A stretch of 64,000 bases of DNA from Octopus bimaculoides. Lineage: Eukaryota. Below the pieces are notes generated by a model. That model did no database searches, was not told the DNA's origin, and was given only the letters and a program-made list of their open reading frames with translations. The DNA lies in the NCBI RefSeq assembly GCF_001194135.2, contig NC_068998.1, forward strand, positions 24,190,313 through 24,254,312, in the 5' to 3' direction. Shown here in pieces: positions 51,729-63,530 of this stretch. The position numbers and the translations under genes were made by a program. The stretch's first letter is position 1, and every line of letters starts with the position of its first letter.

Positions 51729-51950
51729 TAAGTTCACCACCACCAATTCACCGCAGGGAAAGTTCACTACTATCAGTTCACTGTTGAAGAAAGTTCACTG
51801 AGAGGAAAGTTCACTACAAGGAAAGTTCACTGAGAAAATATATCCAAAGTATCTCATCATTAATATTTAAAAACTATTTCATTGGAAAAAAAAAATGGTG
51901 AACTGATGATGGGGAACTTTCTCTGCAGTGAATTGATGATGGTGAACTTA
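51729..51950. mobile_element. Foldback-type MITE with 37-bp TIRs and aagttcac subterminal repeats
   Basis: taagttcaccaccaccaattcaccgcagggaaagttc versus the reverse complement of gaactttctctgcagtgaattgatgatggtgaactta; several (a)agttcact repeats on the left arm. Confidence 0.75.
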
Positions 51951-52299
51951 AAGATCATGCTGTTCATCATCCAAAAAGAATCACAGGATCACAAGTAGTG
52001 TGAAGTCATGAGAATTTTCCAAATTCATGACAGATTCCAAAATTAACATAATATTATGATTCCAAAACTGACATAATACTGCTTACACCAACCAAAATTG
52101 CAGGTTTGAGCGTTCATTACTGAAGACACTATTTGTTACCCAAGACGTTTTATGTTTGAAAAATTGTTTGTAAACTGATTTGTTCATTATGAGAAGCATT
52201 CATAAGCTGCAGTTCCTCTGCATGCCTGCATGTATATGTATGTGTATGTGCACGTGTGTGAGTGTATATAATTGCGCTCCTTGATACCACTTAGCTTTC

Positions 52300-52650
52300 T
52301 GAACCTCAGAAACATTTCACTTGAAACCGATCCTGCTCTCTGGGTACTAACCTCTCTGTGGGCATATTACATCGATTACCTTACTGTGCATATTACATTG
52401 ATTAACTTACTCCAAATTATCTTTCCTTTTCTACCACCATACATTTTTCATTCTCCCACTACAAGCTTGGAATGTCTAACCACCAACACTCCCTATCCTT
52501 CTACCCTCACTCTATTTCTACTCACCTCATATCTTGATGGTTCACCACATCACTTCAATTTTTATCCATTTCCAGCTCCACTTTGGTTACTCCCACGCTC
52601 TCTTGTATGAGCTGAGTAACTATGTAACTCTTCTACAGCAAGAAACCTAT
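52300..52650 (-). mobile_element. RTE-type LINE, AP-endonuclease region relic
   Basis: Purine-rich minus strand; degenerate ...GV.....W....EV.R...R...I...YA. pattern. Heavily decayed. Confidence 0.5.
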
Positions 52651-52728
52651 TCTATTCTGGGTCCTTCTCTCATATTATAACTCATCATTTTCTTTTGCTA
52701 TTAATACTGCTTCAGCCACTAAAATTAC

Positions 52729-52768
<40 letters not shown>

Positions 52769-53624
52769 NNNNNNNNNNNNNNNNNNNNNNNNNNNNNNNN
52801 NNNNNNNNNNNNNNNNNNNNNNNNNNNNNNNNNNNNNNNNNNNNNNNNNNNNNNNNNNNNNNNNNNNNNNNNNNNNNNNNNNNNNNNNNNNNNNNNNNNN
52901 NNNNNNNNNNNNNNNNNNNNNNNNNNNNNNNNNNNNNNNNNNNNNNNNNNNNNNNNNNNNNNNNNNNNNNNNNNNNNNNNNNNNNNNNNNNNNNNNNNNN
53001 NNNNNNNNNNNNNNNNNNNNNNNNNNNNNNNNNNNNNNNNNNNNNNNNNNNNNNNNNNNNNNNNNNNNNNNNNNNNNNNNNNNNNNNNNNNNNNNNNNNN
53101 NNNNNNNNNNNNNNNNNNNNNNNNNNNNNNNNNNNNNNNNNNNNNNNNNNNNNNNNNNNNNNNNNNNNNNNNNNNNNNNNNNNNNNNNNNNNNNNNNNNN
53201 NNNNNNNNNNNNNNNNNNNNNNNNNNNNNNNNNNNNNNNNNNNNNNNNNNNNNNNNNNNNNNNNNNNNNNNNNNNNNNNNNNNNNNNNNNNNNNNNNNNN
53301 NNNNNNNNNNNNNNNNNNNNNNNNNNNNNNNNNNNNNNNNNNNNNNNNNNNNNNNNNNNNNNNNNNNNNNNNNNNNNNNNNNNNNNNNNNNNNNNNNNNN
53401 NNNNNNNNNNNNNNNNNNNNNNNNNNNNNNNNNNNNNNNNNNNNNNNNNNNNNNNNNNNNNNNNNNNNNNNNNNNNNNNNNNNNNNNNNNNNNNNNNNNN
53501 NNNNNNNNNNNNNNNNNNNNNNNNNNNNNNNNNNNNNNNNNNNNNNNNNNNNNNNNNNNNNNNNNNNNNNNNNNNNNNNNNNNNNNNNNNNNNNNNNNNN
53601 NTATATATATATATATATATATAT

Positions 53625-53845
53625 ATCATCAGTTAATATCTGTTTTCCATGGATGGTTTGACAGGAGCTGGGAAACCAGAGAGCTACATTAGGCTTCAAT
53701 TGTTTGTTTTGGCAAGGTCTCTATAACTGGATACACTTCATAATGCTGACCCCTTTACAGAGTGTACCAGGTGCTTTTTATGTGGCACCAGCATAGGTAC
53801 TCTGTATGTGGTACCAGCATGGGTGCATTTTAGGTGGAACTAGTC
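53625..53845 (-). mobile_element. (GAT)n-tail SINE
   Basis: atcatcagttaatatctgttttccatggatggtttgacaggagctgg...ggtgcttttta-tgtggcaccagca repeats. Confidence 0.75.
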
Positions 53846-54159
53846 AGCTCTGTAACATAATGTATACAAATTGTTCATAGACATGTTACAGTAGTATCTA
53901 CACGTCTCTTATAGATATGCTGTAATAAAAATAATAAATATCAGATCAATATCTAATAATATTCAATAAAAACCCACTATTTATTGTGTTTTTAACACAG
54001 CATATCTATAAGAAATGTTATCTCTGGCTTGTACCACAAAACTTGGCCTATCTACAATGTATATACATTATGTATGATATATAAGTGGTTATTTAACTCT
54101 CTCAGTTGTGTTCTGCATATATATGTATCCTATGTGTGTATTTATGTATCATATTAGTT

Positions 54160-54362
54160 CCAAATTTTGGCACAAAACCAACAACTTTGGGGAGGAGTAA
54201 GTCGATTACATCAGCACCAGTGCTCAACTGGTACTTATTTTATTGACCCTGAAAAGAAGAAAGGTAAAGTCAACCCTCAGCAGAATTTGATCTCAGAATG
54301 TAGCAAAGGACAAAATGCTACTGAGCTTATGACCCAGCATGCTTACAATTCTGCCAGCTCAT
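54160..54362 (-). mobile_element. Meta-like SINE
   Basis: ccaaattttggcacaaaacc...gtcaaccctcagcagaatttgatctcagaatg...ttctgccagctca. Confidence 0.85.
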
Positions 54363-57074
54363 TATTATCATAGTATTTTGTCAGTTTTGGAATCATAATA
54401 TTATGTTAATTTTGGAATCTGTCATGGATTTGGAAAATTCTCATGACTTCACACTACTTGTGATCCTGTGATTCTTTTTCATCTGGCACATAGGTGCATA
54501 CAGCACATCAGGGAAAGTTTGTCTTTATTGTTACATTTATCAATTTTGAGAAAGGTTTTTATGACTCCAATCCTCTATTTGCTACTCAGTCACAGCATAT
54601 TAAGTATTAATCAAGCGTGTGTACAGAGATGCATGCAAAACTTCTTCTGCATGCAAATTTATTCTGGACATAGAGACATGAACATCTAAAGAATATGCAA
54701 TCTCTGGATTTTAAATAATGTATACCCAAATACACACACACACATGTGCACAAACACATGCATGTGGACAAACACATGCATGTGCACAAACACATGCATG
54801 CACATAATCATATACATAAGTAAACTACTTCATAAACACAATAATTCATAAGAACCATCTTAACTATAAAAGCCTACTTTGAATTGTAGGAACTTTTCCA
54901 AACAGTCGCAAATATAGAAATAAATATATTTAAAGAAATTATAGTTTCTGGGGAATTATTCTCAAAATATTTCTCTGAACTATCAGTATACAAGAAATAA
55001 AAGCATAATTTCTTTCTCTAAAACCAAAATTACAAAGAAACATCAATGAAATTGGAAATTGTCTAAAAGTCACAAAATTTCTCTTACAGCAGACATAAAC
55101 AAGTATGCAACACATTGAAATGTTTGCTTTTGTTATAGGTTCCATTAAAAGGACAGTAGTATATCATTGATCTATTGATTGAAATAATGCTTCTGGATAA
55201 AATCCAGCTCAATGCAGCAGCGAAGAAGTATTCAGTACATTGGATCAAGAACTATATTAGCCTTGTAACATTAAACTTGATAGTTTTATGAGTGGAACCT
55301 GACCTCTACTTGTGTCAATATTATTGCAATGATATAGTTAGATGTATTATAACTAGTTATGTCAATTTCCTCTTTATACAGTCACTTCAGTTAAATGTGC
55401 TCTATCTCAGTAATGACAGAGTTTAAAGTTTCTGACAAGTAAAATTCTCAATAAAACATTTTTATGTTGCTCATATATAAAATGAAGATTTTAATTCCTT
55501 AATATTCTTGGCAAATCATTCCCCTACAAATCTGAGTGTGTAACAACTAGACAGCAACTTATTTATTCAATTTCTTACAAATACATGTAGCCTCATATAT
55601 ACAGTATAAACTTACAACCGTTTGGTTGTAAGTTTTGTGTGATCCAAATGACATACAGTTAAAGCAATATCTTTTAGAAGACAAATTTAGTTAATAGCTT
55701 ATACATACTCCAAATATTTGCCAATAAAACAACTCCGATTACCTAATGTTTAGATTTTTATAAAACATTAAGTTTGCAGTTTTTTTAAAAAAAAAACTCT
55801 ATCATTTTATTGAATTTATAACTAAATTTACAATAACATCTTTTGGTTACAACTTCATTGTGTTTCTAATGGTGTGAGTGACAGGGAATGTTAGTAACTC
55901 AAAGTGGTTTTTAGTGAAACACTGTTTTAGGGGTATGGTATTCTTGCTGATGTTATACCTTTACTGACATACATTATCAAAAGATATTCAAACACACATT
56001 TAAGTGCCATGCATTGGGACTGAACTCAAAATCAAATGGCTGCAATGTGAACTTTTTCCCTATACAGCCAGCTCTGCACTCATTTATTGAATACAATGCA
56101 TTATATGGATGATAATGTTTGCTAATACTCAACTCAAGTCTATGGGAAAAAATTATTTCTCAAGAAGTCATACAGTAGAATTGAAACCGAAAACCATGTT
56201 GTTGCAAAATAAATTTCTTAAACATGTAGCTGTGTATGCACCCATTTAGCTGACACATTCTATATATGATTATAGTCACTAGTTTTATATAAACAGGAAC
56301 ATGGCTACCACAATATATTTGATAAAATTACTGAAACAAGGCATCAAAGGAATATATGCATGTACTTATGTATGTGCATATATGTGTATATTTATATCTG
56401 TATGTGAGTATGTGTGTATACATATGAATATATAGCACATTTGTATGTGCCACTGTGTGTGTATGCATGTATATATACACATAATTATGAGTGTGTATGT
56501 ATACATATATATATATGTATGTATGCATGTATATGTTTTTTTATGTAAATATGTATATCAGTGATTTGTATGCACGTGTGTGTGTGTGTGTGTGTGTGAA
56601 AATAGTGCACCTAAAAGAACAGATGATAGAAATGCAAATTAGGAAGTGAATATTCGAGAAAATTTTTAAAACTACTCAATAAATATTCATTGAAAGAAAA
56701 TGAAATTCATTGTTTCAGGCAAATGCATGGGAATACAAACATTTTAAGAGCACAATGGTTAGATATATGAAATGAGTCGTTGTGATTGTTTTAATCCCAG
56801 GTCAGCTCTGGTGAAACAAACCTATGATCAAATGTGTTCCACCAATAATCATTCCATGCATATTTTGTAAACAATATGCCTTTCTTCAAACAGGTACTGT
56901 GTAATTTTGGTGTGATGTGACTGTCAGTTCTTAACAAATCAGAGCTGTTGTTGTTGTTTAGCCTTGGGTCAATCCTGATTGAGAAAAACTTTGATCTAAG
57001 GCATTCCAGACATGACCACTATACCCTATATACATGTGTGTGTGTGTGTGTATACACATAAGAAAGTTCTAATT

Positions 57075-59110
57075 GAAGCATTTGACAAGTGGAGTTACTG
57101 ACATACAGTACGGAGAACAACTGTAAATTCCTATGGAACAACCTACTGAAAACTGCAGAACAAATCTGTGGTTGGTGCAATATTCCAGTTAGACCAACAG
57201 AAAGTGTGAAGGAGGCACACCATAAAAGCAAAGAGAGGGGTTAGAAAGGTTTGTAGAAAGCAGGGTAATAGAGGATATTATCAGATAGGTAGAAGAGAAG
57301 CAGGGTGACAGGTATATTAAGCATGCAGGGAAGCAGAAAGGAAGAGATTTGCCAATGTTTGGCAGCACAAGAAGCAGAGGCATAAGTTGTTTGAATTGCA
57401 AGACAGTATATCAAAGAAAAATCAAGCTTTTGTGAGAGAGAAGTGTGTATGGCTATATCATGGTCACTTGCATTTAAAGATTCTGAAGAGAAAAAGGCAT
57501 AGAAGTGCTAATATAAAAAGCTACTAAATGTGGAGAATGCATAAGAGAAAGAGAGTTTTCCTAATGTGAACCTGACAGAGGAGACAACCATTCTAGTTGA
57601 CAGCAATATGATCAATTAAACAGTTAATGATGAGGATGGGAAATTCTCTGGTTCATCTAGAATTACTGCTGAGATGCTTAAAATAGATAGCCTACTCACT
57701 TGTATAATTAAACTGGTTGTACAAAAAATGTCATGCCCTACAAATTGTGTAGTAGCATCATAGTTAACTGTTACAAGAATAAGGGAAATGTCTTAGAGAT
57801 AAGTAGTTTCAGAGACATCAAATTCCTGCTCCGAATCATAAACATTACAGAAGAGCTATAGCTCAACTCATTAGGATGAGAGTTAGCCTAGAAGAGATGC
57901 AGCTTGCTTTTGCACAAAAAGTGGTGCCACTTTTCTAGTAAGACAATCAAAGTAAACTGCTGTAATTGGTATTCATTGATCTGGAGGAAACCTTTGATGA
58001 GATCCTTTGCTCCCTGATCTGGTGGTTAGTGTGGAGGCCAGGGGTAAACAAATGGCACATGAGAGTCATTCAAGCTATGCTGTAAGGTGAGATTTAGTAA
58101 CAAGAACAGCAATGAATTTAGTGTACAACTAGTAGTTCCCTAATGCTTGGTTCTAAGTCAGTTATTTATCATTGTTCTCCAGGCCATTAGAGTGGTGTTT
58201 AGGCAGGTTGCCCAAGAGCACTGCTCCATGCAGAAGACCTTGTTCTTTGAGCTGAATTTGAAGTAGAATTAGAAAAGAAATTCCTAATGTGGAAGCAAGA
58301 TCTGGAATCAAAGAGCTTCAAAGTTAACTTGAACACAAAAGACCAAAGTTCTATTTAGTAGGAAAACAGATAGAATGCTAATCCATTTAGAAAAATCGCC
58401 TTGTTTGATATTAAGGAAAGTGCAGGTAGAAATTCAATATGGTGTACTCAGTGCAAGCTATAGAAACATAAAAGGAGCATTGAAATCACAAGGTGTTAGC
58501 AAAGATAAATTTTATTTGTGGCAGATTTGCAGGGGTAATAAACACAAAGAACATGAGGGAAATAGATTTTCTTGAATGCTGAAGTCAGTTCTTAGAGATG
58601 ATAAATAGATTCTGTTACTTATCAGCAGTGATGGACTTAATTAGCATTGGAAGAGGATTTTCTGAAAGTATGGTCAGTGGAATAGAAATTAGTTGGAGAA
58701 AGTTCAGAGAACTATTATCTCAGTTAGTAATCAAAGGCTTGTGGCTTACAATGATTGAGTGATGCTTGTGAATAAAAAGTAATGGTACATGGGAGTGAAA
58801 CATGGGCCATAAATGCAGAGGGCATGCAAAGTTTAGAAATAAATGAGACGGCATTGCTTTGCATCAGTGTGCATCTATGACAAAGTGCAAACATACTGAG
58901 AGAAAAATTAGGTATAAGAGGAATCAGATGTGGAATGAAAGAGAGAAGGCTGCATTAGTATGGTTATGTGATGACAGATGCAAAAAGAAGTGCTGATTGC
59001 TAAATATAGATGGAATCTTTTGATGGGGGAGAAGTAGTGAATGTGGGATGAAACAGTGAATACCATCCTCAGAATGTTGAGCCTCAAGAGGTGGTAACAA
59101 ATGACTGAAA
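57075..59110 (+). mobile_element. RTE-clade LINE, degenerate ORF (linker and reverse transcriptase)
   Basis: Ordered relic motifs: NLLKTAEQICGW; LLNVENA; SSIIVNCYK.KG....R...RDIK; RVSLEEMQ; FIDLEETFD (DLEKAFD); HAEDL (YADDL); RRL..YG.V. Confidence 0.85.
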
Positions 59111-59584
59111 TAATTGGTGATTTGCTGTTCTCAAGATTTGTCCATCTCAACAAAAAATGAGGTCTGTGTACACCCCCATATCCAATCTGTTCCTGCCAAG
59201 CCTTTCTCACAACACTTCTTCCAATTAATTTTCCTCTGCTACTGTTCTAACTGCAGCACTAAACTATGCAGTGGTTATAACCATATGAGAGCAGAACTGC
59301 ACATATTTCAATGCCCTTTTGTACTACAAGTTATCCCTTTCTTTGGGACCACTTCCTTTGTCACCAATCTTGTATTCTCAATATCATCCCTTACTCTTTT
59401 ATTTTCTACTGAATATTCTCTTTCCTCTTACCAGTCTCTTATATCTACCATAGTTGACACCCACCACCTCTGTAGGTATCACTACTCTCTTGCAAAATAC
59501 TTGTACTTGTCCCTCTAGTCATACTTTAACCACTTGATGCCTGGCTACATCCTAAATGAGTTGAGGGCTTTGATTTGCAAATTA

Positions 59585-59785
59585 CTTGGTGACCTTGGTG
59601 ACCTTACTAGTACTGGTGCTATAAAACACTCAGAACTACACGCTTTAAAGTGGTTGGCACCACGAAGGGTCTCCAGTCATAGAAACTGCATGAAAGCAGT
59701 CATGGGTACTTGATGCAGTTCTCTGGCTCTTCAGATCCTGTCAAACCAGATCAGCAGGGAAGAGGGACTTTAAATGATGATGATT
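59585..59785 (+). mobile_element. (GAT)n-tail SINE (old)
   Basis: gtggttggcaccacgaagggtctccagtcatagaaac...gggactttaaatgatgatgat. Confidence 0.7.
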
Positions 59786-60002
59786 ACATTTCTTATAGGA
59801 TTACATTATCCAATATGGTCTTTTGCTACAAAGGTAGGGTGTGACTTGAAAGAATGCAACTACTATTTCTAGCACTTCAGGAGACTATATAGAGGTGACG
59901 TCATTAGTTTAGGATTAGAGAAGTAAATACAAGGGACATTGTAAAGAAAAAGACTACCTTGTATATGAGTGGTGTGCAAAATTCTCCTTGTGTCATATAA
60001 CA

Positions 60003-60082
60003 TAATCTCCCATCACTAGTACAATAGTCCCATCACTAGAACAATTGTCTCCTATCAATAGTTTCCCATCAGCTAGAACAAT
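60003..60082. repeat. Short imperfect tandem repeat (about 20-bp unit)
   Basis: tcccatcactag(t/a)acaat(a/t)g repeated. Confidence 0.75.
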
Positions 60083-61119
60083 AAAGTCTGTGCTAGAGGG
60101 AAAAGGGCTTATAAGATTGAAATATGTTCTCACTCCACCAAGCTAATGTAGTATTTTTTTTCTACACAAATGTATTTCTAATTAGGTTTTTAATGGACAC
60201 ATCAATAAATATGCAACCAGTAACTTGATTACTGTTTTTCAAACTAACAGCATCTGATTTGTTTTTGTAAAGTATAAAATTGTCATGAACAGAAATATTC
60301 TGTTGACAACTATGTTTAAATTGAATCCCAGAATCTAAGTTATTTTTCATATACTGTCTAAAATAATGGCTTTTAACACAGCGTTTAGGTTCAGGTACAC
60401 ATTCACAAAAACACACAAACACTTTCATATACGCACACTACTTGAGTTAAGGATGTGACTACGTAGAGCACCTCTCCATGTCTCACCAGTAATTTTTTTA
60501 CACCAATAACTTTGCAAACATTTATTGCTGCAAAAAACATCAAAATTAAATTAAATATTTCAAAAAGAGAAGAGATGAATTTAATAATATCTGACTATAT
60601 GTCATCTTTCTTCCATCACAAACCATTCAATTGAAATCAACAATGAAAACTTAGACATTTTCCACCTTTTCCTTTCTCTGCCTGCCTGCCTCTCTCTCTC
60701 TCTCTTTCATATTGTTTGTTACCTTTCTTGCATCAATTATTTACATTTCTTTGGCTAACTTCATTATACTGGTTCTTCTCTCACACATTACATCTTTCTC
60801 TCTTTCCAAGTTTTATCTTAGTTTTATCTTCTGTCTCCTCTCACTCTGTCTCTCTATCTCGCTCTCTCTCTCATGCATACACACGTTTACAAATATAATG
60901 ATGTACACACACCTGATTTTATCAAACATGATAGTACTTGTTAACCTACTCTAAATAACCCATCATACTAACTTCAATAACATCTGAAGCTATTAACAGG
61001 CACTTGGAAGACTTCCACAGAAAATGGAAAACTTCCTTTACCTAAAAGTCAAATAAATGAGAGCATTTTGAGTATTTCATTACAAATATCTTGTGCTATG
61101 AAAATATTTTCTGTTAGAC

Positions 61120-61590
61120 ATCATTTAGCATCGTTTTAATGTTTTCGTATTCATACTTGCATGGATTAGATGGAATTTATTGAGGCAGATTTTTAATGGC
61201 TGGATGCTCTTCCTGTCACCAACCCTTCCAAACAAGAAAATATTTTTCTGTGGTTGGGCATGTTTTCACAGTAGACTGAAAATGAGAGACACTGCTTGTG
61301 TGTCAAGATGTCTGTTCATAACTACTGTGTGACGTGAAGATGATGGGATACAAACATACACGCACACACAGATACACACACACACACACAGATGCATAAA
61401 TACACACACACACACACGCACACACAAATGTATATACACATAGTGTGATTCTTTCAGTTTCCATCTACCAAATCTACTTACCAGGCTTGGGTTGGTGAGG
61501 GATTATGGTGGAAGACAATTGGCCAAAGTACTATACAATGGGACTGAATCCTAAATGACATGATTAGAAAGCAAACATCTATGCCTGCAC
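61120..61590 (-). mobile_element. Composite of a (GAT)n-tail SINE fragment and a CORE-like SINE fragment
   Basis: catcgttttaatgttt...gctggatgctcttcctgtcacc, then gatacaaacatac...ttcagtttccatctaccaaatc...gggactgaatcc. Confidence 0.65.
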
Positions 61591-62144
61591 CTGAAGGTTT
61601 ATCTGCTGTATCACAGAACAAATCCTTGAATTAATGTAACAGACAAATGATGATGTAAATTAGAAGTGAGAAGAGTGTCAGTATTTCTAAACATCTATGC
61701 CAAGGAGCTGCTGTATTTCCATAAAGTTGTACATATCTGTCCATCTATCTTCTCTGCTCATGGTTCCTGGGAGGGTCGTGGGGTTAAAGCTCTCAGGCAC
61801 CTCCTCCATAGAGTCCTATCAGAAATAACCATCCTTACACTTTCCAGCTGAATTCTTAAGCATAATCAACTGAAACTATGGATATTATCCAACCATCTCA
61901 TTCTTGGTCTACCCCTGGGTCTGGGCGCATGCCATTTGGCCCAGCTTGAATCCATCTTCTGATTCTTTCCTGTGACATTCTAATCATATATTTGATATTG
62001 CAAAGATGTAATGTCTTAGTGAGAAGTTGTTGCTTGATCCAGAGAAATGTCCTCTGAGCTTCACACTCAGAAACCTTTCACAGCAAATGGAAAAGTTTCT
62101 TTACCTAAAAGCCAAATATAAATGAAAAAATTTGAGTATTCATT

Positions 62145-62456
62145 ATCCTTAACCACTACGTCACATGGGCATATGGCGTAGTGGTTAAGAACGCGGGCTA
62201 CTAACCCCAAGATTCTGAGTTCGATTCCAGGCAGTGACCTGAATAATAATAATAATAATACTAATAATAACATCGAAAAATACCCTAGGAATGAGAACCC
62301 AGGTTCAAAATTTCCCCAAGACACCTGATGAATGCTGGAGGGTATATCAACCGAAACATTGTGTTAACAACAAACAAGATGAGGACAAATATCTGTCAAA
62401 TGTAAATAATGTAAATAATGTACATAATTCCTCATCTCTCAAATATAGAACTGTAT
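62145..62456 (+). mobile_element. tRNA-headed SINE with hammerhead ribozyme motif (copy 2), inverted 5' stub and TSD
   Basis: A box TGGCGTAGTGG (62174-62184), B box GTTCGATTCC (62219-62228), (AAT)n spacer, hammerhead motif at 62320-62365; flanked by tttgagtattcatt (62131-62144) and tttgagtatttcact (62457-62471). Confidence 0.85.
62320..62365 (+). ncRNA. Type I minimal hammerhead ribozyme motif (Penelope-type), partly degenerate
   Basis: GACAC-CUGAUGA-a-UGCUG(gagggtatat)CAACC-GAAAC-AUU-GUGUU; stem I GACAC/GUGUU pairs at 5 of 5 positions (one G-U). Confidence 0.55.
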
Positions 62457-62746
62457 TTTGAGTATTTCACTGCAAATATTTAGTGCTATGGAAAAATTTA
62501 TCCTCATTTCAATGTTTGTTCTTTCATGCTTACATGGGTCAGATGGAATTTACTGTGGCAGATTTCTTATGGCTGGATGCCCTTCCCTGTCACCAATCCA
62601 TACCTGTTTCCAAACAAGAAACAACATTATTTCAGAGATCCTTTAGAAGAAACCCATGTTGACCACTTGTGTTTGCAACTGTATCTTTTCAGTCATTATC
62701 CAACATTCATGAACATATGTGAGGATAGACATGAAAACTGAATTAA

Positions 62747-62966
62747 CCCCTTAGCATTCAGATTTCTTTGTCAAATGTGATGCTTATTTGTTTCCATTGG
62801 TTTGAATTAATCATGTACTATCTTGTAGCTAAGAAATTTTCATGATGTGATTGCTTAGTTTTAGAAAGGCATTGCCAGTTAAGTGTGAGAAGCCAGATTT
62901 GGCCTGTTTTAACATAAAACTGGTAGAATATTTAGGCCAGATATGGCCAGGTTGAATGCTAAAGGG
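62747..62966 (+). mobile_element. piggyBac-like MITE
   Basis: TTAA|ccccttagcattca ... tgaatgctaaaggg|CTAA: CCC...GGG TIRs with a TTAA-like TSD. Confidence 0.8.
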
Positions 62967-63039
62967 CTAAATAAATGAAAATGTTTGTTCTTGGATAAAC
63001 AGTGCTAAATCAAAACAATTCAATGTGGGTATTGAAATT

Positions 63040-63530
63040 CAGCAGTATTGTCATCTCACTTTTACATAATTTTCATGAACTGGTTTGACATACACAGCCA
63101 TTGTGCAAGTGGTGTCACAGTCAGTAAACGTAGAATCAGTCAGATGATAATTGAAGACAACAGGGTGCTACTTAGCTTATCAGAAGATAATCTCCAGCAT
63201 CCATTGAATGGGTTTGCTGCTGAGTGCTGCAAGGTAGGGATGAGAATTAGTGTTCTAAAGACTGAGATGCTGAACATCTCAAGAAGGTCTTTCCAGTTAA
63301 TGGACCATCGTTGGGACAAGTGGAGAAGTTTAAGTACAATGAGTGAGAGAATATAGAAAGCTGAAATGGAAACTAGAATTGCACAATAATTCTAGAACTG
63401 CACAGCTGGTGCACTACTATGCTGGCACTCTGATGCACCAGCACTTGATCCTTAGAAGAGAAGAGGTTGCCAAAAAAGTCAAACTCACTATCTTCAATTT
63501 GGTTTGTATGCCTACCCCTACCTATTTTAT
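63040..63530 (+). mobile_element. RTE-type LINE reverse transcriptase fragment
   Basis: ORF 63048-63356: FYIIFMNW...RISQMIIEDNRVLLSLSEDNLQHPLNGFAAECCKVGMRISVLKTE (LLFADDLVLL region), then AKKVKLTIFNLVCMPT. Confidence 0.8.

Larger units (their letters stand above)
51973..54479. repeat. 108-bp near-perfect inverted repeat pair (51973-52080 and 54372-54479)
   Basis: Arms are reverse complements; I count two mismatches. Confidence 0.92.

Noticed and set aside
51729-51850. Regularly spaced short repeats resembling a CRISPR or iteron array
   Set aside because: The repeats are only about 8 bp with irregular short spacers, in eukaryotic context and enclosed by TIRs; explained as a MITE.
941-61590. 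Minus-strand bias of CORE-like SINEs suggesting a host intron
   Set aside because: Copy numbers are small and the Meta-like SINEs are split about evenly; not evidence of transcription direction.
62167-62240. Apparent tRNA gene (A and B boxes, anticodon-like arm GGG-CTACTAA-CCC)
   Set aside because: No acceptor-stem pairing and it continues into a SINE body; treated as a SINE head. The same holds for 104-175, 35710-35781 and 38203-38270.
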